This document shows positions 56,352 through 64,000 of a DNA stretch of 64,000 nucleotides, one piece after another. The first letter of the stretch is position 1; every line of letters begins with the position of its first letter. The translations under genes and the position numbers were made by a program. The stretch lies in the NCBI GenBank assembly GCA_027320085.1, contig DAHVLZ010000009.1, positions 64,001 to 128,000 on the forward strand. Direction: 5' to 3'. The notes beneath the pieces were generated by a model. That model was not told the DNA's origin, did not search any database, and saw only the letters and a program-made list of their open reading frames with translations. Source of the stretch: Pseudomonadota bacterium (GTDB lineage Bacteria > Pseudomonadota > Gammaproteobacteria > JAKAQQ01).

Positions 56352-57101
56352 ATGCCTACCCCCACCCTTCCGCCCCGTCGCTATTTCCAGCTCACCCCGT
56401 TCCGCATTCTCTGGATCGGCATGGCCCTGGGTGGGCTCTTGGTCGGGCTCCTCTTCCTGATCCTGCTCGGACAATCTGCACAAACGCGTGAGAAACCGGC
56501 TCCGACTGAACCCGCCTTCACGCTGACCAATCAGCTGGGTGAGCGCGTTTCCTCCACTTCGCTCAGGGGACACATCCAGGTGGTGAGCTTCATCTCCCCC
56601 TACTGTCGCGAAGAATGTCCCCTGATCGCCCATCACTACGTCGAGTATGCGAATGCCATCCGTGCGAGCGGTTGGGCCGATCGGGTCATCCTCGTCTCCT
56701 TCAACCTGGATCCGAAATCGGCCGGTCCCTCGACCCTGGCCCGCTTCCAGCGGGTCTTCGGCTGGAACCCCAAAAATCCGCTCTGGGAGTTTCTGACTGG
56801 GCCACCTCCCCTCCTCGACCAGGTGGTCAAGGGCGGATTCCACGTCTGGTTTGGCGAAGTCTCGACCCCCCCTCATCCGGGAGCGGTCCCCGAACTCCGT
56901 TGGCACAACCCGCTCAATCCCCACGGCATCCACCCCAACCCGAGCCATGAGGATCCGCTCCAAATCTATGGGTCAGGTGGTCACTTGCGGCGGATCTTCC
57001 AGAGCGGGTCCTTGGTCTCGACTGCCCGCCTCCTCCACGCCCTCTACCCGCTGATCCCGCACCCCCCGGCCCAGCAGGCAACCACGGGACGGGCTCCCTG
57101 A
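56352..57101 (+). CDS. SCO1/SenC family copper chaperone
   Basis: N-terminal TM, FTLTNQLG, CREECP (CxxxC), SFNLDP, WEFLTG, distal His. Confidence 0.85.
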   Translation: MPTPTLPPRRYFQLTPFRILWIGMALGGLLVGLLFLILLGQSAQTREKPAPTEPAFTLTNQLGERVSSTSLRGHIQVVSFISPYCREECPLIAHHYVEYANAIRASGWADRVILVSFNLDPKSAGPSTLARFQRVFGWNPKNPLWEFLTGPPPLLDQVVKGGFHVWFGEVSTPPHPGAVPELRWHNPLNPHGIHPNPSHEDPLQIYGSGGHLRRIFQSGSLVSTARLLHALYPLIPHPPAQQATTGRAP

Positions 57102-57111
57102 AGGCATCTCG

Positions 57112-57546
57112 TCAGCTTTTGCCACCGATGTAGTCGCGCAGATCCCCGATGAGCGCCTCCTGCTCGGCCAGGAGTCCCTTCACGATGTCCCCGATGCTCA
57201 CAAGCCCGGCGAGCTGTCCGGCCTCCAGGATCGGCAGGTGGCGGATCCGGTGTTCGGTCATGAGCCGCATGCAGTCGGCAATCGAGGTTTCCGGCGCGGC
57301 CGTGACCGGATTTGAGCTCATCAGGGCGCGCACCCGGGTTGTTTTTGAGGTGAGTCCCTGGAGGACGACCTTGCGGGCATAATCCCGCTCCGAGAAGATC
57401 CCGACCAGCTGGCCGGACTCCACGACAGCCAAGGCTCCGATATCGTGGTGCGCGAGCGACTCAAGCGCCTGGTACACACTGTCTTCCGGACCCACCGAAA
57501 ACACCTGGGTCCCCTTCTTCTGCAGCAGATGACGAACCTGCATCAT
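57112..57546 (-). CDS. CBS domain pair protein
   Basis: GIFSERDYARKV, RIRHLPI, GLVSIGDIVK; RBS GGAGG. Confidence 0.9.
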   Translation of the reverse strand: MMQVRHLLQKKGTQVFSVGPEDSVYQALESLAHHDIGALAVVESGQLVGIFSERDYARKVVLQGLTSKTTRVRALMSSNPVTAAPETSIADCMRLMTEHRIRHLPILEAGQLAGLVSIGDIVKGLLAEQEALIGDLRDYIGGKS

Positions 57547-57575
57547 GGCCTTCCCCTCCGGCCGGGTTTCCATCG

Positions 57576-57614
57576 ATTATAGGCAGAACCGGGACCAGGA
57601 ACACCGCATATAAT
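57576..57614. promoter_or_regulatory. Back-to-back TATAAT boxes for the CBS gene (-) and the dapF operon (+)
   Basis: TATAAT on the minus strand at 57576-57581 and on the plus strand at 57609-57614. Confidence 0.5.
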
Positions 57615-57621
57615 GACGGGC

Positions 57622-58530
57622 ATGCGCATCGGATCCACTGCGGATGGCCGCAGCCAATCGCCCCGCGTCGATGTCGTCGGGAACGGCCCGGGGGCAAAGG
57701 CTCCACCTGGCCGCTCCGTTCCCTTTACCAAGATGCAGGGACTGGGCAACGATTTTGTCGTAATCGACCACCCTCTATTCAGGCCGGAATCCTCGAATAT
57801 CCGCACCATTGCCGACCGTCGGCTCGGAGTGGGCTGTGACCAGGTCCTTCTGCTTGAGCCTCTGGGCGAGGCTCGTTTCCGCTACCGGGTCTTCAATGCG
57901 GACGGTAGTGAGGCCGAACAGTGTGGGAATGGTCTTCGCTGTCTTGCGCGCTATGGCTACGATCTTGGAATCCCCGAGGAAACCATTCTCGAATTCGAGG
58001 GCCCGGGAGGAACGCATCACACCCAGTGTATGGCGCCTGACCGGATCCGGGTGGACATGGGGGCACCCCGGTTCGAGCCGGCCGAGATTCCCTTCGTGGC
58101 TTCGTCCCGCGCCCTGAGCTACCCGATCGATGTCAGCGGAATGGAGTTCATGGTCGGTGCCGTCTCCATGGGTAATCCCCACCTCCTGCTCCGTGTCCAG
58201 CGTCTTTCCACCACACCGGTCAATAAGCTGGGGCCGGCCCTGGAACACCATCCCCGGTGCCCGCAACGGACCAACGTTGGATTTATCGAGATCGTGGACC
58301 GCGGGACCCTTCGTCTCCGTGTACATGAGCGGGGTGCCGGGGAAACGCTCGCCTGCGGCAGTGGTGCCTGCGCAGCCGTCGCCTGGAGTCGTCTCATGGG
58401 CTGGGTCGATCCTGTGGTTTCCGTGCATCTTTCGGGCGGCATCCTCGAAATTGAATGGGAAGGCGAAAACCATCCCCTGTACATGACGGGCCCGGCCACA
58501 CGGGTTTTTTCCGGAGTCCTTTCCCTGTGA
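57622..58530 (+). CDS. dapF: Diaminopimelate epimerase
   Basis: KMQGLGNDF, EQCGNG, SMGNPH, ERGAGETLACGSG; start 57613 or 57622. Confidence 0.96.
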   Translation: MRIGSTADGRSQSPRVDVVGNGPGAKAPPGRSVPFTKMQGLGNDFVVIDHPLFRPESSNIRTIADRRLGVGCDQVLLLEPLGEARFRYRVFNADGSEAEQCGNGLRCLARYGYDLGIPEETILEFEGPGGTHHTQCMAPDRIRVDMGAPRFEPAEIPFVASSRALSYPIDVSGMEFMVGAVSMGNPHLLLRVQRLSTTPVNKLGPALEHHPRCPQRTNVGFIEIVDRGTLRLRVHERGAGETLACGSGACAAVAWSRLMGWVDPVVSVHLSGGILEIEWEGENHPLYMTGPATRVFSGVLSL

Positions 58531-59222
58531 ACGAAAAATCCCCCCTTCCGCCTGAATCCACCCTTGGCCTCAATGCGCAAATGGTCCTTGATTTCCTCGT
58601 CGACCATCCGGAGTTTTTCCAGGAACATTCAGCCTTGTTCAGCCAGTTTAGGATCCCGCACGCACTGCCCGAAGGGACGGTCTCGCTAATTGAACGACAG
58701 GTGGAGATCTTGCGCCGGCAGAACCAGCGCTTGGAACGCCGGCTCAACGATTTTCTCGAGGCGGGGCGCCACAATGACCAGCTCTTCGACCGCCTGCACA
58801 AAGTCGCCCTCCATTTCTTGGCTCGGAAAAACGCAGCAACCGATCCCGCCCTGATGACCCACCTCCGGGAGATCCTGGCCGTTGATGCCGTGACCGGAAC
58901 CCTCTGGGTCACCCCACCTCGCCCCATCGCCGGATTTCACGTTTCTGCTGAAAAACCCGGGAAGCTTTTCCCTGAGGATTGGGACACGGAACACCCCTAC
59001 TGCGGACGGCTGGGCGAATCCATGGCCGTTTCCCTGTTTGGGGAAAACCACCCGGAGCTCCACTCGATCGCACTCATTGCGCTCGGCCCACCGCATCACG
59101 AGATCGGCTTCCTGGCCATGGGACTCGCCGACCCCGACCATTTCCGCCCAGGTCTGGCCACCACCTACCTTTATCGTTTGGGGGAGCTCCTCTCGACCGC
59201 ACTCGGCCTTTCAACCTCATGA
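58527..59222 (+). CDS. DUF484 (YigA) family protein
   Basis: FLVDHPEFF, SLIERQVEILR; conserved position between dapF and xerC. Confidence 0.88.
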   Translation: MNEKSPLPPESTLGLNAQMVLDFLVDHPEFFQEHSALFSQFRIPHALPEGTVSLIERQVEILRRQNQRLERRLNDFLEAGRHNDQLFDRLHKVALHFLARKNAATDPALMTHLREILAVDAVTGTLWVTPPRPIAGFHVSAEKPGKLFPEDWDTEHPYCGRLGESMAVSLFGENHPELHSIALIALGPPHHEIGFLAMGLADPDHFRPGLATTYLYRLGELLSTALGLSTS

Positions 59223-60142
59223 ATCCGGACCTCGAATCCACAATCGACGCTTTCCTCAATGAACTCGGACAGACCGGCCGGCTCTCGGCTGCCACGATTG
59301 AGACCTACCGGCAGAGTCTCGACAGCTTGGCTGGTTTCCTGACCGGAGAAGGGATCGGACGGTGGGAGGCACTCGAGCCGGATACCCTGCGCCGTTGGTT
59401 GGCGGCCCGGACCCGGTCCGGGACCTCGCCCCGCACACTGGCCCGTGATCTTTCCGCGGTGCGGAGCCTGTACCGGGACCTCATCCGAAAGGGGTTGACC
59501 ACCCATAATCCGGCACTTCTGGTTCGACCGCCCAAAAACCGGCGTCGTCTGCCTGTCATTCTGGATGTGGACCGGATGGGCCGCCTCTTCACCCAAGCCC
59601 CGAGGACAATCGGCGACCACCTCGATCGGGCCGTACTCGAGCTCCTCTATTCCTCCGCCCTCCGTCTCTCGGAACTCGTGGGACTGGACGTGACAGACCT
59701 CAATGCAGAATCGGGACTGGTTCGGGTTCGTGGAAAAGGCAACCGGGAGCGAGTCGTTCCGGTCGGTGCCCCGGCACTTCAGGCCCTGGCGGCCTGGCTC
59801 CGCGTGCGCCCGGCCCGGAACCCAGAGGAGAGAGCGCTCTTTGTGAGCACACGGGGATCCCGGATCGCCCCCCGGACCATCCAGGCACGGCTCGCCCGAT
59901 ACGGGATCCGGGAAGGCATCGGTGCCCGGCTTCACCCGCATCTCTTCCGGCACTCCTGCGCTAGTCACCTCCTGGAATCGAGCGGCAACCTCCGGGGAGT
60001 CCAGGAATTCCTGGGCCACCAGCATCTCGCAACCACCCAGATCTACACCCATCTCGATTTCCAGCACCTAGCCCGGATCTACGATGAAACTCATCCCCGT
60101 GCCCGGCGCCAAAAAACAGCACCCAGAAGGGAAAAACGATGA
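59219..60142 (+). CDS. xerC: Chromosome dimer resolution tyrosine recombinase XerC
   Basis: LRLSE, GKG, HLFRHS, LGH, TTQIYTH; dapF-yigA-xerC synteny. Confidence 0.93.
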   Translation: MNPDLESTIDAFLNELGQTGRLSAATIETYRQSLDSLAGFLTGEGIGRWEALEPDTLRRWLAARTRSGTSPRTLARDLSAVRSLYRDLIRKGLTTHNPALLVRPPKNRRRLPVILDVDRMGRLFTQAPRTIGDHLDRAVLELLYSSALRLSELVGLDVTDLNAESGLVRVRGKGNRERVVPVGAPALQALAAWLRVRPARNPEERALFVSTRGSRIAPRTIQARLARYGIREGIGARLHPHLFRHSCASHLLESSGNLRGVQEFLGHQHLATTQIYTHLDFQHLARIYDETHPRARRQKTAPRREKR

Positions 60143-60702
60143 GCGATCGGGGAGGACTGCCGGCTTTCGAGGGCACCACAATCCTGTGCGTGCGTCGAAA
60201 TGACCGGGTCGCCATGGCAGGGGACGGGCAGGTTACCTTCGGACAGACGATCCTCAAGGCCAATGCCCGGAAGATCCGTCGCCTCTACCACGACCGGGTG
60301 CTGGCGGGCTTTGCCGGAGGCACGGCAGATGCCTTCACGCTGGCTGAGCGTTTCGAGGAAAAGTTGGAAAAGCACAGCGGACAGCTCGCGCGTGCTGCTG
60401 TGGAACTGGCTCGTGACTGGCGCAGTGACCGGATCCTGCGCAGACTCGAGGCCATGCTGGCCGTGGCGGATCGGGAACGGGCCTTTCTCATTTCTGGAAA
60501 CGGCGATGTCCTCGAACCGGAGGATGGTCTCATTGCCATCGGATCCGGCGGACCCTACGCGCAGGCCGCAGCCCAAGCACTCCTCCGGCACACGGACCTG
60601 GATGCCCCGACCCTGTGCCGAGAGGCGATCGGCATTGCCGCTGGTATCTGCATTTATACCAACCAGGAAATTCTGGTCGAAGAACTTCCCCACCCTGCTT
60701 GA
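60139..60702 (+). CDS. hslV: ATP-dependent protease subunit HslV
   Basis: Short propeptide then TTI, GDGQVT, GFAG, IGSGG. Confidence 0.96.
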   Translation: MSDRGGLPAFEGTTILCVRRNDRVAMAGDGQVTFGQTILKANARKIRRLYHDRVLAGFAGGTADAFTLAERFEEKLEKHSGQLARAAVELARDWRSDRILRRLEAMLAVADRERAFLISGNGDVLEPEDGLIAIGSGGPYAQAAAQALLRHTDLDAPTLCREAIGIAAGICIYTNQEILVEELPHPA

Positions 60703-60737
60703 TCCACCGACGACTGTCCTGACGGAGCGTTGACCCG

Positions 60738-62090
60738 ATGGCCCTGACCCCGATGACCCCGCGTGAAATTGTCGCGGAACTGGACCACTACATCATTGGA
60801 CAGGATGAAGCCAAGCGGGCGGTTGCCATTGCCCTGCGCAATCGCTGGCGCCGCGCCCAACTCACCCCGGAGCTGCGGGCGGAAGTCACCCCCAAGAACA
60901 TTCTCATGATCGGACCCACAGGAGTCGGTAAGACCGAGATAGCACGCCGGCTGGCCCGCCTGGCCCATGCCCCGTTTCTCAAAGTCGAAGCCACGAAGTT
61001 CACCGAGGTGGGCTATGTGGGCCGCGATGTGGATTCGATCATCAGGGATCTTGCCGAGATGGCAGTCAAGATGGAACGCGAAGCAGCGGTACACGAGGTC
61101 GCCCTCCAAGCTGAAACGGCGGCCGAAAACCGCATTCTCGATGCACTCTCCGGCCAAGGACCTAGCACCTACGGATTCGCTCCACCCCAAGGGGGACCCC
61201 GTTCCGGGGCCTCCCGTGCCACATTGCGCGATGCCCTGCGCTCGGGTGCACTCGACGAGGAGGAGATCGAAATCGAACTGACCGCCAACCCCGCGGGGCT
61301 CGAGATCATGACGCCTCCGGGACTCGAGGAAATGAGCGGCCAGCTCAATCAGATGTTCCGCCAGCTGGCAGGATCGGGTCAGAGCCGACGCCAGCGTCTG
61401 CGCGTCGGAGAGGCCAAAAAACGCCTGGTCGAGGAGGAATCGCTCAAGCTCATCAATGAAGATGATTTACGTACCCGGGCAATCACGGCCGTGGAACAGG
61501 ATGGGATCGTCTTCATTGACGAGTTTGACAAGATCACTCGCCGATCGGGCGAGACGGTGGGCGGGGCAGATGTTTCTCGGGAGGGGGTCCAGCGCGATCT
61601 GCTCCCCCTGATCGAGGGCTCAACCGTGAGCACCCGTTATGGGCTGGTTCACACCGACCATATCCTCTTCATTGCCTCGGGGGCCTTTCACATAAGCAAG
61701 CCCGCAGACCTGATCCCCGAACTCCAGGGACGGTTGCCGATCCGAGTCGAGCTCCAAGCCCTTTCAAGTGAGGACTTTGTTCGTATCCTCACCGAGCCCG
61801 AGAATTCCCTGACCCGCCAATACTCTGCCCTCATGGCCACCGAAGGCGTGACGCTGCGCTTCGAGCCCGATGGTGTACAACGAATCGCGGAGATTGCCCA
61901 CGAGGTAAACACCCGAACGGAAAACATTGGAGCCCGGAGACTGCATACCGTGCTCGAGCGCCTGCTCGAGGTCGCTTCCTTCCAGGCTCCCGACGTCCAG
62001 GGTCGCGAAATCGTGATTGACCGGGCCTACGTCGAGACCCGCCTTGCCGGAATTGCCGGCAACGAAGACTTAAGCCGATACATTCTCTGA
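60738..62090 (+). CDS. hslU: ATP-dependent protease ATPase subunit HslU
   Basis: [28 protein letters not shown]. Confidence 0.97.
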   Translation: MALTPMTPREIVAELDHYIIGQDEAKRAVAIALRNRWRRAQLTPELRAEVTPKNILMIGPTGVGKTEIARRLARLAHAPFLKVEATKFTEVGYVGRDVDSIIRDLAEMAVKMEREAAVHEVALQAETAAENRILDALSGQGPSTYGFAPPQGGPRSGASRATLRDALRSGALDEEEIEIELTANPAGLEIMTPPGLEEMSGQLNQMFRQLAGSGQSRRQRLRVGEAKKRLVEEESLKLINEDDLRTRAITAVEQDGIVFIDEFDKITRRSGETVGGADVSREGVQRDLLPLIEGSTVSTRYGLVHTDHILFIASGAFHISKPADLIPELQGRLPIRVELQALSSEDFVRILTEPENSLTRQYSALMATEGVTLRFEPDGVQRIAEIAHEVNTRTENIGARRLHTVLERLLEVASFQAPDVQGREIVIDRAYVETRLAGIAGNEDLSRYIL

Positions 62091-62250
62091 AAAGATCATG
62101 AACCCGGGAGCCGGTCGATCACGGCGTCCCCATCGGGTGGGTCATGAGGTTCGCGATCCGGGCTTTTGTCGCAGGTCACATCGCTTTGCAACCCTGGGGC
62201 GCACCGGTCATCTGGTGGGTGTGTTCCTCAAGCGGCTGTTTGCCGGTCTT

Positions 62251-64000
<1,750 letters not shown>

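Noticed and set aside
59219-60142. Tyrosine recombinase as a prophage or island integrase
   Set aside because: It sits in the conserved dapF-DUF484-xerC-hslVU context with no att repeats or cargo genes; it is housekeeping XerC.
62091-62250. Structured RNA or terminator between convergent hslU and thiC
   Set aside because: No convincing stem with a U tract or known motif; a TPP riboswitch would lie upstream of thiC, outside the window.

Overview
GC-rich bacterial chromosomal window, most likely a gammaproteobacterium. Strongly basic exported proteins hint at an acidophile (inference). No tRNA, rRNA, CRISPR array, IS or prophage was seen. Left to right: (1) yhdP (runs off the left edge; absent from the ORF track) and the housekeeping run miaB-phoH-ybeY-corC-lnt-leuS-lptE-holA-nadD-rsfS, preceded by a Sat/APS-kinase fusion. 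(2) Two tandem type IVa pilins, each with its own sigma54 promoter and a triple TGAC-N7-GTCA enhancer between them, followed by an ICMT-family methyltransferase and a TMTC-like GT-C protein. (3) An RND/MFP pair. (4) A periplasmic glucan locus: opgH, an intact opgG, and a second, lipoprotein-anchored opgG paralogue lacking two conserved Asp residues. (5) An SDR/ETF-QO/etfBA/acetoacetate-CoA ligase operon. (6) A ~20 kb surface-glycan locus resembling Bordetella wlb / Pseudomonas wbp, but carrying a UDP-sulfoquinovose synthase and a G12 tract that fuses a glycosyltransferase to an aminotransferase. (7) SCO, CBS, dapF-DUF484-xerC-hslVU and a truncated thiC. Best candidates for new biology: a sulfoquinovose-containing surface glycan, the degenerate tethered OpgG, the poly-G fusion switch, and the pilin-modification module. 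All product calls come from motif recognition, not database searches.
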